Under the pieces are notes generated by a model. The model made no database searches, had not been told where the DNA came from, and saw only the letters and a list, made by a program, of their open reading frames with translations. Made by a program: the position numbers and the translations under genes. Shown here one piece after another: positions 1 through 12,796 of a stretch of DNA of 64,000 nucleotides. Positions within the stretch are counted from its first letter, which is position 1. Each line of letters begins with the position of its first letter. The DNA is from Lingula anatina. Taxonomy: Eukaryota > Animalia > Brachiopoda. Location of the stretch: contig CM120648.1 of NCBI GenBank assembly GCA_051362555.1, positions 411,721 through 475,720 of the forward strand, written 5' to 3'.

Positions 1-377
1 ACGATAATTTTGTTTGAAACATGGCAAACTTGGTTCAATATTGCTGTACATACTTTTGTTGCAGAGTAAGTTATAGTAAATTACATGTGTAAGTTATGTT
101 TGACGCATACAAGCCAAGCTTTCTGGTCGTTTGACGGAAAACAGATATGCTATATGCCATATATTGTGCGTGCACATACACTAATTCACTGTATCTCATC
201 ACAGTAGTAGAAACACGCGTCTGAATAACAGTGTACATATCACATCAGCTAATGAAACTTTTTTTTTCATTTTTCAGAAACAACAAGACCTAAGCCGTTG
301 CTAATCATCTTAAACAGGGACACAGAATACTGAAGAAAAAAGAGAGAGGCAGATCATTCTCCCCAGAACGCTTCACC

Positions 378-641
378 CACGTGCATGTTTTTATCTTTTA
401 AGAACTCCTGGAAAGAGACTTAGCAAGCCACGTGAGCAGATTCAAAAGATTTGAGAGCCTTTCAGAGGGCAACTGAGATGTCAACTCTTTATACAGGGTG
501 CCTACGTGGCATCATTTCTCTCTTTTTATGACGTTACTGACGAAGTAAAAAGTAAAATTTATTCCGTACTGGAACTGAGTGAACGACAGATTATAATTGC
601 GTAGGAAGCATTGACGGCACACGTGTCTTGAGCGTCACGTG
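378..641. promoter_or_regulatory. Cluster of canonical E-boxes (CACGTG)
   Basis: CACGTG at 378, 429, 620 and 636, with a fifth at 1327. Confidence 0.45.
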
Positions 642-1144
642 TTCAAAGGATAAAGAGAAATATCATCGCGGTCAACTGATTTTTAGATATTTATGGCGCC
701 AAACGTGAAGGAATTTAATAGGAACACTCGCCTCTGCTTATAATTATTTGCAAAGAATACTTCAACAGAAACTGAAAAGATACTGAGAAAGAAAATAGCG
801 GAGTGATTATTGTAAGTACAACAGCAATAGGCTGTAACTATTACGCTCCCTATGCCGCCACGTCTAACCCGATAGTTGTACTTGTAGGCGTCAAATGCGC
901 GGACGCGTGTTAAAAAACTAGAACACGTCCACTGCGGCACTAAACAGCAGAACCCAAACTGCGTAATCTGCTCCAAGCTGAGACATATAACATGGGTGAT
1001 TCCAGTTTACGGAGTTGATGCTGAACTCTTGGTAATTCTTTCGATTTCCGCCTCCCCGCCATCATCGGCCAACAATCTCAGAGAACTACATAACATAAAA
1101 TCACTTGACATTTCGACGGCATAAATTCTCTCGATTTCCTGACA

Positions 1145-1275
1145 ACATTTCATTGGCTGTAATCAGGCTTATCGGGAAAGGAGCTTGGTTTTCTGAGTAA
1201 TGATTGGAAGAAGAGGAAATCTGGGCTCGACTGTGAGGTCTTATTTAAACCGCAGTCACTAGGAGTTTTGTTCAA
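1145..1275 (+). promoter_or_regulatory. Putative core promoter of the GPCR
   Basis: Two reverse CCAAT boxes (ATTGG at ~1152 and ~1203) followed by TATTTAAA at ~1242, about 500 nt upstream of the ATG. Motif evidence only. Confidence 0.4.
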
Positions 1276-1781
1276 TGACTGGCTGACACCCTTTTCTCTT
1301 CGCGTGAGAGACAGACAGGGTTACTTCACGTGGGGGAGCACCCAGGAGTGCCACACAGAACAGCATTTCAGAGAGGAAACCGTGAAGGAAGCAATGGTTT
1401 CCTAGCGAGCTTAAAAGCAGGTCTGAAACTAACAGTGATGCATCACTATTAGCAATTTACTACCGTGATTTTGCTTTTGAGTAGTACTACTTCGTAACTC
1501 ATTGGTGAATTGACAGTTTGCTTCAATGTTATACCCTTTCCTCAAAGCACATGCTATAAATTAGCCACTGATGACAGGCCCACCACTTTGTTAAAGGAAA
1601 AGTGTAACATCTATCACCAGACAAGAAAAAAGTGGAAGGGTGTTTGAGACACTGATTTATGGAAGATTTCTTCGACGTTCTTGTAATTCAGTGTTCTGCA
1701 AGAGACTCTTAGCGATACACAAAGGACCAACAGTTCAGATTATAAAAACCAGGAAAAATAACAGTGATAAAAACAGTCGAA

Positions 1782-2966
1782 ATGGATTCAGTTAAATACA
1801 AGCAGATGACGAACGATTCAAACGTGACTTTTTCTGGCACGTTTCTAGACGAGAATTCAACTAGCATCATGGACGCTTCCAATTTTTCTTCAAATTCCAC
1901 GGGCAGTGGTCACGGGCTGCAGGGTGGACTGATGCATTTCTCAGAAGTTTACAAAAACATTCATGGCGGACTCGCAGTGACAATTTGTATATTTGGGATC
2001 GTGGCGAATATACTGAATATCATAGTCTTGACAAGAAAAAGTATGCGGACGTCCACGAATTTCATTCTGACAGCATTAGCGGTGTCCGACGGCTTAACAA
2101 TGGCGGCATATCTTCCCTTTGCGCTCCAATACTACTGTGTATACGGTACAAACCCCAGCCTGGAGCGAGATACGCTGGCTGCGGCACAGTTCTTGTTGTT
2201 TTACGCTAATTTCAGCGTCACAGTTCACACGGTGTCCGTCTGGCTCACTGTTACCCTGGCCGTGTTCCGCTACCTGTACATTGGCTGGCCGCGACACGGT
2301 CAAGTCCTCTGCAGCATAGAACGCGCCAAAATGGCGATCGGACTGAATTATTTCCTGTGCCCTGTGTTCTGTATACCCAATTATATTACCCTCGGGATCT
2401 CCAATAACAGCGGCTACTGGGGGGTGGAGACCAAGTCCGAGCCTGCCTATCAAATGACCATCCGGACTTTCTACTTCTGGGAGCACGCTTTTCTCTTAAA
2501 GCTCATCCCGTGTTTTATTTTAACAATCATGAGTATATTGCTGGTCAAAGGGATGAAAGATGCGGAGAAAAGACGCCTGAAACTCGGAGGCCACAACCAA
2601 ACCAACAACGTGAGCCGGATGAACCAGAACGTCCGCGGCAAGAAGACCAACCGTACGACCCGGATGTTGCTGGTGGTCGTCATCCTCTTCGTCATCACTG
2701 AACTACCGCAGGGGATTCTAAACCTCATCTCTGGCCTGGACAGTGAGGTGTTCCAAAACGTTTACACCCCTCTTGGTGACTTAATGGACATCATAGCGCT
2801 GACCAACAGCGGTATTAATTTCATTCTGTACTGTACAATGAGTAAACAGTTCAGAACTACTTTCATCGAACTGTTCTTTAAACCGCTGCAAGACGAGGCC
2901 AGAAAGTTCACCATCGTGGCGACGAATGAGCTCACACTGGCTGGTGACGGAAGTTCCGATGTATGA
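1782..2966 (+). CDS. Intronless rhodopsin-class (7TM) neuropeptide GPCR, dmsr-1/myosuppressin(myomodulin)-receptor-like
   Basis: ORF 1764..2966, first ATG at 1782. N-terminus has N-glycosylation sequons (NDS, NVT, NST, NFS). Seven hydrophobic segments; family motifs GIVANILNIIVLTRKSM, NFILTALAVSD, TM3 LAVFRY (DRY variant), RTTRMLLVVVILFVITELPQG and TM7 NSGINFILYCTMSKQFR. Confidence 0.9.
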   Translation: MDSVKYKQMTNDSNVTFSGTFLDENSTSIMDASNFSSNSTGSGHGLQGGLMHFSEVYKNIHGGLAVTICIFGIVANILNIIVLTRKSMRTSTNFILTALAVSDGLTMAAYLPFALQYYCVYGTNPSLERDTLAAAQFLLFYANFSVTVHTVSVWLTVTLAVFRYLYIGWPRHGQVLCSIERAKMAIGLNYFLCPVFCIPNYITLGISNNSGYWGVETKSEPAYQMTIRTFYFWEHAFLLKLIPCFILTIMSILLVKGMKDAEKRRLKLGGHNQTNNVSRMNQNVRGKKTNRTTRMLLVVVILFVITELPQGILNLISGLDSEVFQNVYTPLGDLMDIIALTNSGINFILYCTMSKQFRTTFIELFFKPLQDEARKFTIVATNELTLAGDGSSDV

Positions 2967-3298
2967 CGTCATATCGTGACTATTTTCCGATAAAGGTTGC
3001 TTACATAGCACATCCAAAAGGGGGTCATATGACGTCAATGGTGTAATACACATGTCGTCTTTTTAAACCTCCAGATAGTCTATGAAGATAGCGTGACGTC
3101 ATACTCAGACGTTAATTATTGACGACACTTAAGAAATGTGACGTTGCATTTTTCTGTTGAGTTCTTAAAATGGTCCAGAAAATGGCCATTGAACTGTGGC
3201 GCCAGGTGGTAATAAATAACAGCTCTGAGTATTTGACTCTGTGCGGTATGCTGGTTAAAATATGTTGTAGATATGACGTCACATTGACTTTGACGTCA
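2964..3298. promoter_or_regulatory. Cluster of five perfect CRE palindromes (TGACGTCA) immediately 3' of the GPCR
   Basis: TGACGTCA at 2964 (overlapping the stop codon), 3030, 3094, 3274 and 3291. Confidence 0.45.
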
Positions 3299-5612
3299 CA
3301 TTGACTTTGATATGTGGCAGAATTGAGAGATATATAGTGGCAATTAGTAAAGATAAAATAAGCCTCAGAGCGTTGCCAAGAAAGACATTTTTTCTGACCC
3401 AGTGTAAGTCCTAATTAAAGTCAGAGTACTATAGCTAAATTGTTAAACACAGATCATCGGTTTAAGCACGTCCTTCGATGAAGTGTTTTACGGGAATGCC
3501 CGGACGGCAACGACGACAAGTTAAGGACTTGTATCCAGGCTAACATCATTTTAACTTAAAACGTTAAAACCCCCCAAAATGGTCCTATCTAACCAAAATT
3601 GATATGAAATAGGTGAGTGAAAACGATTTGGCTTGCTAACCAAAGAAGTGGTTTTCGGATTGATATATTTCACATGGGACCGAATTGCTGTATCGGCTAA
3701 ATCTGGACCATTTCACTGCGTTAAATGTTGAAATCGCAGGCGTCCATTGGGGGTTGTTTGGTGAAGAATGAGAATACAGAAACACGTGCAGTTTTATGTC
3801 CAGTAAAATTGCGATTAATCGCGGGTTGGTGGGTGGGTTTATAAAAGGGCTGCAGACACTCATAGGGTTAGGTGACAAGTTCTCGTTGTTTAAAATGTTA
3901 CACAATTGATCACTGTGAATATTGAAAAGAGGAACATATTGTACATTAATGTTACAGTAAAACATCGGCTCGGTTTTGCGTATTTGCATTTGTGTTTTAA
4001 AAACTAAAGTGTATGTTGATTTACGCATTATTACGCAACTCTAGAGAGCATTGTCCTATCAGTGGATGTGACTCGGTGCGGTTTATACCACTACGCCTCT
4101 CATTGTAAAGTTATTTGTATGTACAAGGTTTGTTCACAAAAAATAGGACATCCCTTATCTTAAGTCGCTGGAGAAAATATTATTTCTTGTATTGTTTTGG
4201 TACAATGTATGATTGAAATATTACATATTGTAGTCTCTCTCTCTCTCTCTCTTAATTGCGCAGTATGCATGAAGGCACAGCGATGATACTCCGAACACCG
4301 AGGTTTTCCATTGTTTTCTCTCAATACTTTAGGGTATATTATCAATGCTGACATGTATTGTTTTATACGGCTTGGGGGTATGGAGTGACCCTGGAAATTA
4401 GGTACAAACATGTTAAAAGGTCACTAGAGTACTGAAATAGGGATTTCAGAGGGAATGAGTCTTAATAAACGCCAAGTTGTCACTATGTATGGAGTAATAT
4501 GTAGTCTATATTATGTAATTCAAAGAGTTTGTCAATAAACTGTCTCTGGTGAGAATCCCCTTTTTTTGTGAATTTACCTCAGACCAAACGCTGACAGAGT
4601 GGTGCAACATTTTCATCACCACAAATGTTTTTGAAACCGCCTCCTCCTTAATAATATGGTTATTTTGGGAAGGGTATGCATGTATACGCATCGTTGAATT
4701 TTAGTCGCAAAGTTTTCCCAAAATTATATTTGACATAAACCTCCTTCCGCATTTGTCACAAAAATTTGAACCCTATAGCCATTGGAGTTGTACGAAAATC
4801 CACTCCCTACTCGTTTTTTTTATTTTATTTTATTTTATTTTATTTATTTATTTATTTTTTTTTTTTTTGCGTAAATTCTTTTTAACGCGCAACATTTAAT
4901 TTTCTTCATAGATAGGAAATATTACTACCAAACGCATCCAACTGTAAATCAATATTTAATAAACGTGTTCACGCCCCTTCACCGACTTATCCCTCTACAT
5001 GCACTCCTACATCTTACAATTCAAAACAGTGAACGCCAATATTTTATCGAGTATTTAAATAATAAATTAATTCAACTTGTTTTTAAATATAGAAAATTAA
5101 TTCCGTACACTTTCATGTCACATGAAATTCACTTTGTTGAGCAGGAATTGTGGTGAAATGAAACATTCTAAAAGAGGGAAGCGAGCCTTTGCATACACCG
5201 GCATTAGAACGTAAATAATCGCAGTTTTTTTTTAAAATAAATAACTTGTTTTAAGTGTGGTTTTCGTCAGGAGTTCATACAAACTTTTCAGAGGGTTTCG
5301 CTGTATTTTGTTGATCCCTACACCACGTTTACCGCAACTTGAACTCCACGTAGCACCGGCCAATTTCTGGGTTACCTCACAGCAATGTCTATTATTTGTC
5401 TAGCGAAAAATTACCAATCAAAAGTGGGATTAGAATTGGCATGTTGATGGCCCTGTTAATCAGATCATACGACATCATTACAGGAGAATATGATAGATTT
5501 CCTTTAACATATTTCTTCTTTTAACGTTCGCCTTACATTGCTGACCACTGGCTATTTACTATAGTGGGTACAAAATACTAGTATGGCTGGTAGAAGAGGC
5601 ATGAGAGGGCTA

Positions 5613-5643
<31 letters not shown>

Positions 5644-6742
5644 CACACGCACGTACTGAGACTACTACTACTACCAGTTTAAAAGGGACATAGAAAAAAT
5701 TACTGTCAAAATTGATAAAAGCAATCTATTGTACATTACCGTGGGCTCGGTTTTGCGTATTCATTTGCCGGCAGGACGAGTTTCGACACTTTTTGACTTT
5801 GTTTAGGCCTACATGTAGGTTACTAGCCGTCCCCTACCTGATCGGGTTCTTGGCCTGACTTGAACCATGAGGCATGGCAAGTTCAAAATAATTTACCACC
5901 AACACCTGGTATTGTATTTCTTTCCACTTACGATTTTACAATTCACTGTTATGTCGAATCCATCTCCTAATTAGACCACATTGGAATGTGATAATTTGTT
6001 ACATTTCATAAGGCATACAGCAGATGCCTTCACTTACGGGTCTCCTGGCACTGAAGAGTAACAATTGAAACAGCCTAGTGTCTGACATTTCAAGCATCAT
6101 CATATACCAATCTAGACTGGGATGTTATTGTAAGGACAATACTGCGTTTCCGTCCATGATAGATATAATAATTTCATCTAAGTATTATCGATCTCTGTTA
6201 TTTTTTTACGATGCAATCTTCTGATTTTTAACTCGTGGTTTATTGGGCATGGCAGGTTTAAGTTATCACGCTGCTAACGATCAGCCGAATAATAGTTAGC
6301 GTTGTCATCACATGCTTTATTCATATGTAGACTTTTAATTGTAGCTATTTCAATATAATAATAATAATAATAATAATTAGAAATAGACTTAGAAGAAGAC
6401 TTAGAAGAAGAACAATTGTAAGCAAAAAGAAGTTCTGTTTTAATGAATACACTTTGTCCACCAAAGGACTGAGAACACGAAGCACAGCAAACGCAATGCG
6501 GAGATTAAACATGCCTCATCTACCTCATTCTTAGAACAATCTTCAATGTTTTTAATCCACACCCCTTCTGCATTTTCTTCAAATTTTCAGACAAAAAATT
6601 AAACCAAGTTATATTTAAAACAATGTTATAAACCCCCTCCCATCCACCTCTTAAAGAGTTACAAAAAAGAGGGTCATTAAATGCTGTTTTTACAGCTCTT
6701 TATAGAGAGAATGCTGTTGATAAACCTACACCCGGAGCGAAC

Positions 6743-7752
6743 CTAGCGAGCAAGCATTGCGCATGCCGTCACAAAGATTGAAACCCAAACACGCTCGTTA
6801 GCGGCGACACTTAACCCCATAGCGCCACCTGTCGACTTTTCTTTACAGTGATCTTTATTCTGACCCACGCAAGAAGCATACGCCATCATGTGAGCGATGT
6901 AATGTTGCTCGTGAAGTGAGTGGAACAGGTGCGACATAGGACCTGTGGCGTAAATGGCGACGTCCTCCCCGCCGTGGGTTTCCGAGTCAAGTTGCACGGC
7001 GCTTTGGAACTGGTAACCGGAGTCGTCTGAAATGTAGAAAAAGGGCGACTCTTGCAGTAAACTCCTCACTCTTTTGAGGAAAAAATTTTAGGATCATTTA
7101 GAAAAATTAGAAAAACATGTCCAAGTAAGTTTATTTGAATCACGTAGATAATGGCAGTATTTATTCACGTCTACGTACGGCGCCTCTCCTTAGGTTATTA
7201 TTATAATTTTTATTATTATTATTATTATTATTATTTGCTTTCGTTTCTTTTTCTTTTATCTCTGTCTTTTTCTTTCTTTTTTATCTATCTATCTGTACAA
7301 CTTTCTAGCATGATTAAGTTAAACTATATATAGGCCTATATGTTTTTGTGGGGGGGGGGGAGGGGTTATTTACATTGTACAAGTCCCTAAAACCCTCGAC
7401 AATTACGGCTGCTGTGTACGTAAAAACTCACTTGTGTTGATGAGCGCGGGGTCTGGACGTGGCGCCTCATAGCCCGGACCGTTCGCGTACAGTAGCGATG
7501 TGTAGGCAGTCCCGTTTTCATCCTTATCCTTGTCCGTTATTCCTATAGAAAGGGAAAACGCATTAATTGTAAGTTCATCAGAATGCAGTAAACTCTGATA
7601 AAAAAATGATGGTAAAAATAAAGATTTATGATAGACTATCTGCATAAAAGGAGAGAGCCAGAAGTAGCGAATCATGGATTTAAAAGGGTAAACAAAACAA
7701 AAAAAGGAGGCCTACAAAATGTAGTAGGCCTACTTTTTTATAAGCCGAACGA

Positions 7753-7809
<57 letters not shown>

Positions 7810-9645
7810 GTATTTACGCCCTCCCTTTTGCACGGGTGCTGCCACCTACCGGTACTCACCCAATATATTGTTCCCCCTTGAAGCATACCCTCCAATAGTG
7901 AACACGTGCGAGTGGTCAGCCGTGACCACTATCAATGTATCATCTGTATCGGTCAGTTCTAGGGCCTTAGTGACTGCCTTGTCCATGGCTATGGTATCGG
8001 CCAGCGCCTTATGTGCCGTGCTGTTGTGATGACCATGATCGATTCGTCCACCTGAGGTGAAAAAGGGGTGCTAACACTGCTATGATAAAGGTAATATGAT
8101 AGCTTTAAAATCTTGTGGTTGGATTATTTAAAATGTATGTGTCGGGCAGATATTGTTTATGTAAGGCCTAATATCAAAACGGTGCTTTATCATCGTAACC
8201 AGTTTTTTCCTGCAATGAACATCTTATCATTAAAATGCCTACTATCAAAATAGAATTAATTCTATGTTTTTTGTTTGTGTTTGAAAAAGTACCAAAATAT
8301 TCGCGTCTGTCTTTTTTATCTTACCAAAAACATAATTAACCTTGATAAAATAACATCATGGAATGTCCGTAGCCTACCTTCCACCAACAAGAAGAATCCC
8401 TTTGGATTTTTCCGCAGCATTTTGATGGCTTTTTCTGTCATTTCAGCTAATGACGGCTCCTTCGCCTTGTTTCGGTCTAATTCGTACTGCATATGACTCG
8501 GTTCAAACAAACCTGTGCACAGTGAATTATTTGTTTATGATTAGGAGCGGATCGAGTATCATTATTCAACAGAAATAAAGATTAAATAAGTTGCACTGAT
8601 AAAGGTAATAAACCACATAAGGAATATTGGAGTATGGAAAGTTTAAATATTTTACCATGCATAGATTTACGCACACTGCATGTACATGCACATATTTGTA
8701 TCCACGCTGCTATTGAAGAAAAAACCTTAACATGTGCACCAGTGCTTGAGGGAGTTAGCTGTACATCACTTGATTTTGAGCGTCTTACAGCGTGATTATA
8801 ATACACTTGAAACTGACTGCAACTTTACAGTGATTAGAGTTTGGTGATGATTTGAGATCCAGATTTAGTGTGCTATACACTGGTACCAGCGCACCCAAGT
8901 ACATGTATATGTACAGCTTCAAAATGCTCGACATGATTTCAAAAATACGCATGTACACATTCCATGTTAACTAGATACTAATATGATGCCCATTCCCTGT
9001 CGTGAAAAAATTAACGCGCACTGCCACGATTAAACGCGCAGACGCGCGCGTGCGCCTTAATATCTTACCCAATAAGTAATCTGTGCCTATCGGGTCAACG
9101 GCCTTGAACCCAACTAAGTCCCAAACATAACGTGCCCTTGACGGCTCCTTTTTAGAATTCGACCAGTCCTAAAAATTAATTATATAAATAATAATTATAT
9201 AACACATTAGAGGTACTACTCAAGAATATCATCTAAATGATACCGGTAAATATGCTGAACGCCTTGTAGTCAGACTGGCCACCTCCGGAGCGGGAGGACG
9301 CTGTACACTCAGCATTAACGGGTTGAAGCGCGGGTAAAGTTCCTGGTCTGGAAGCGGCAGATATTGTTCGTTTTCTAGTATTCAGCGCCCCATACGACAG
9401 CCGGGCTGAACATGTGTATCCTCCCCAAGGAGGCCGAAACATCAACACCCAGTCTATATCAGAACCAAAAATGATCAGGCGATTAAAGTAAACCACACTG
9501 AGATGCGGAAGGCGGTATACATGTATAACAACTAAAATTTAATAATTGTATAAGAACTAAAATTTACTTTACTTTTTGCAATTTTTTTTTTTTTTTTTTT
9601 GGTGCGAAGGATGTGTCGCTTTTATTTTAATTCAACAATTTAAGT

Positions 9646-9686
<41 letters not shown>

Positions 9687-11745
9687 TGTAAACATTATCT
9701 AGAAGCGTATCATTACCGGTACATTGCGGGCGTTTGACATATTCAATAGATTTACCTCAATCAGATTCCTGCCGTCCACCCTGGAGCCATTTTTGCCTGG
9801 CCATTCAGGATCTGCTGTTGTGTTGGGTAAAAACTTACTTCGTCCACCTCCTAAGATTACCTGTAAGGAAATAAAGGTGCGCTCACAATGGTGCTATCGT
9901 AGTAGCTGGGTATTTACTCTACAAGGACTGTCGAAGAATGCAGTCAGATTTACGGATGAACGCGCCTCCAACTGGCGCTGAGTACAGTTAATGGGCTCAT
10001 TAAACTCACTGGTAGGAAACCGAAAAGATGGTCATTATACGAGGACGTTTGAAACAACAGGAGGGGTGTTGAAAATCAGAAAGAATATTATTCAACATCT
10101 AGGGTAAGGTGTTGAAAAATAGTAATTATATTACTCAACGTTTGGGTGAGCTAATCTAAAAAAGAGAGAGAGAGAGAGAAAGAGAGAGGGAGGGAGGGAC
10201 AAAGGGGATATACGTTTAAAAAAGAACCATCTCCATCGACGAGCTGTTGGGCGATATCGGAGCAATCACCGCGAGCGCTTTCCGGCATATCAGCGTCCGC
10301 CTCCCAGTTTCTGTCAGCGGAGTGCGCGTACCCGGATGCTGGCGTGGCATGGGTGACACGGGCTGTGCTTACCACACCTGTTGATTTGCCTGAAAATAGT
10401 TAAATAAATAAATCAACACACACACGCGCGCGCGCGCGCGCGCACACACACACACACAAATGAATTAAATAACGAAAGAAATGGACAAATGAACGAACAC
10501 AAAAGCATTCATTGTGTTAGTTGTGATAGTTGTGGTAACGATTTCTGGGGTGCATTCTTCATTGTAAGCTTAGATTGCGAATTCTTCATTGTAAGCTTAG
10601 ATTGCGACTTCTTTGTTGCTCCAGTAAACAATACACAAAGTAGAAACGGCTTGGCTTTCAAAACGTGAGAAAAAGAAAACGGCGAAGAACAAGCATATAG
10701 ATCTATGGCCTATAGACCTACAATAAAAATCAAAATAACACAAAATAAAGGAAAATAATGATCCCTTTATTACCACAGGGGTCTAAGACTTGTAATATCT
10801 TCAAATGCATTTTCCATATCTTTTGAGAATCTACACTAAACTTTCTGCAATCTCAGACAACCAACGCCTGTCCCTTGACTTTAACGTCAGTCCTGTTTAC
10901 CTTCGGAGTTCGACCATTTCAGTATAGAGCTGATGGCTCCGCCCTCTTCGGACGAGCAGCTGCCCCTAACAGCGCGGTCATCCAAACCAATGAGTCCTGA
11001 CTTGGTTTTGGCGCCACACAAGAAGGCGGTTGCCGTTCCCGCCGAGTCCGCCGTCTGCCGGTCCGTGTTGTAGGTCTAAAAATGGCCCAAAGGTAACATT
11101 AATTTCACAGATGAACAAAATGAAAAGGAAAGGAATAAAATAGCAAGCGAGTTAACGCGCCAACATATTTGAATGGCTGGACATATATTTCACAATCTAA
11201 GTATGCTGTAAAATTATCGTTCCTCCATATACTAAACAGAGAAAGAACGCCTGTAAAGCCTACATTCGCCATAAACTCCAGCAATGTCTATGCAAAGCAT
11301 TCAACGCCCTTTCAAAATGTTTTGTCACGATTTCCAAAGGTTGGCTTTTGAATACATGTAACTAAAATAGCCAGAGATAACACATACATTATGTACAGAT
11401 ATAGAGGAACCTGTTGGCAGAAATGAGTTCGGTTTGTAAAACGTTACATGGAAGAGAAAAAGAAGACGACAAGGAAGATTAAATCATCTGCAAATCTAAC
11501 GCCTGCCTGACTAAGAATTAATACCTTCGCCAAACCAGCATGTGGGAATTTTTCGAAGGCCAGAGTCCCCTCCTCTCCCGGTGTTCCTGCTTGCTGTCCT
11601 TTATATATCCTGGCGGCCGTCAGGGTGGACACGCCCATTCCGTCGCCTAGGAACAAGATGACATTTTTGGCAACGTTGGTGTTTGGCTTCGTATTCAGCG
11701 CCTTCTTCAGTTCTTCTTGCGCCAGCTTATACCAGTAGTCTTTCA
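6743..11745 (-). CDS. ALPL: Alkaline phosphatase (tissue-nonspecific-like), probably GPI-anchored; signal-peptide exon(s) not located
   Basis: GT-AG exons in consistent frame: 11745-11525, 11075-10901, 10389-10214, 9860-9756, 9168-9069, 8512-8378, 8051-7860, 7542-7432, 7026-6743. Motifs [13 protein letters not shown], active-site [52 protein letters not shown]; hydrophobic C-terminal tail. Confidence 0.93.
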
Positions 11746-12759
11746 CTGAATGAGATAGATAATGACCTACTGAGTGTTTATGTTTAATTTTTTTCACGCC
11801 AAATGTCTCTGACATTATTTCTCTTACTTAGGAATTATTGCTGTAAGCATCAGCGCTATTTAATTGGTTCGATGTTTTAGATAATTTCTAATTAAATAGC
11901 ATACATGTAGTTTTAAATGAGTGGCCACATGTTAAGACTACCATACAAATCACAAATAAAACTTAATTCATATCTCATTGTAAATATGAGTTGAAATCAG
12001 GAATCATCGGGTATACAATGACTTTGTTTCACGAAGGACAAAGAATAAAAAGTCGCATTTACGAGTAACGGGCATGGGGTGATCCATGGGTCATGTTGAA
12101 TTATATTAACGTTTCAGGCAACCTGGGAAATAAAAAGTGGCTTTTTTTTCAGGGGTAACAAAAATACCCCATGAATCCCTTTTTATACATGTATATAATG
12201 CTATGTAGGCCATACGCACCCTTGGGGTGTTTATCTTTGTTTGCTCACGTTCTCATCTCTGTCCATAGATTGGATTAAGTAAACAGAAACAAATAGAAGG
12301 TAACGGCAAACAGAAGCTTAGTACACGTGTACATGTCATCAAGGTTTTTGTGCCCACCCCCCACCCTCCCACCCCCTTAGAAAAAATACCTTATCGTTCA
12401 CGTGCGTGAGCGTACCGCGTGTTTGTTGGTTTGACACCTGTTTGTACAGCTATCATAGATAAACACACACGACTCGTAAAATGTACGAGAACTTTGTTCA
12501 GATTTAAACAGGAAAAATTACCCAGCGACAAAGCGTATGATACTGATACCTAGGTAATTCAGATACTGTAGAACTGTACTAGTGAAAGTGTTGCTGTACC
12601 CTATTTTGATTGAAGACGGGTATGAAAAATTATACTGGTACAAACAAAACGGAGCTGGGGATTACACTTTAATTGCATTGGCAAGCTGGTTCAGTTCAAT
12701 TACATTTTACATCCTCTCTACACTAGTAGTTTTTACGTACGTTCTGGTATATGTTTATA

Positions 12760-12796
<37 letters not shown>

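Noticed and set aside
1985-3053. Short ORFs overlapping the GPCR on both strands
   Set aside because: Shadow frames of a GC-richer coding region with no recognisable motifs.
7628-8029. ORF with poly-Lys (and the poly-Phe ORFs at 7680 and 58308)
   Set aside because: Translations of intronic poly-A tracts and antisense of real exons.
12245-12345. Candidate signal-peptide exon of alkaline phosphatase
   Set aside because: It is hydrophobic-looking with a GTGAG donor, but both ATG frames hit stops, and a 10-nt micro-exon reading does not give the phase needed for exon 11745.
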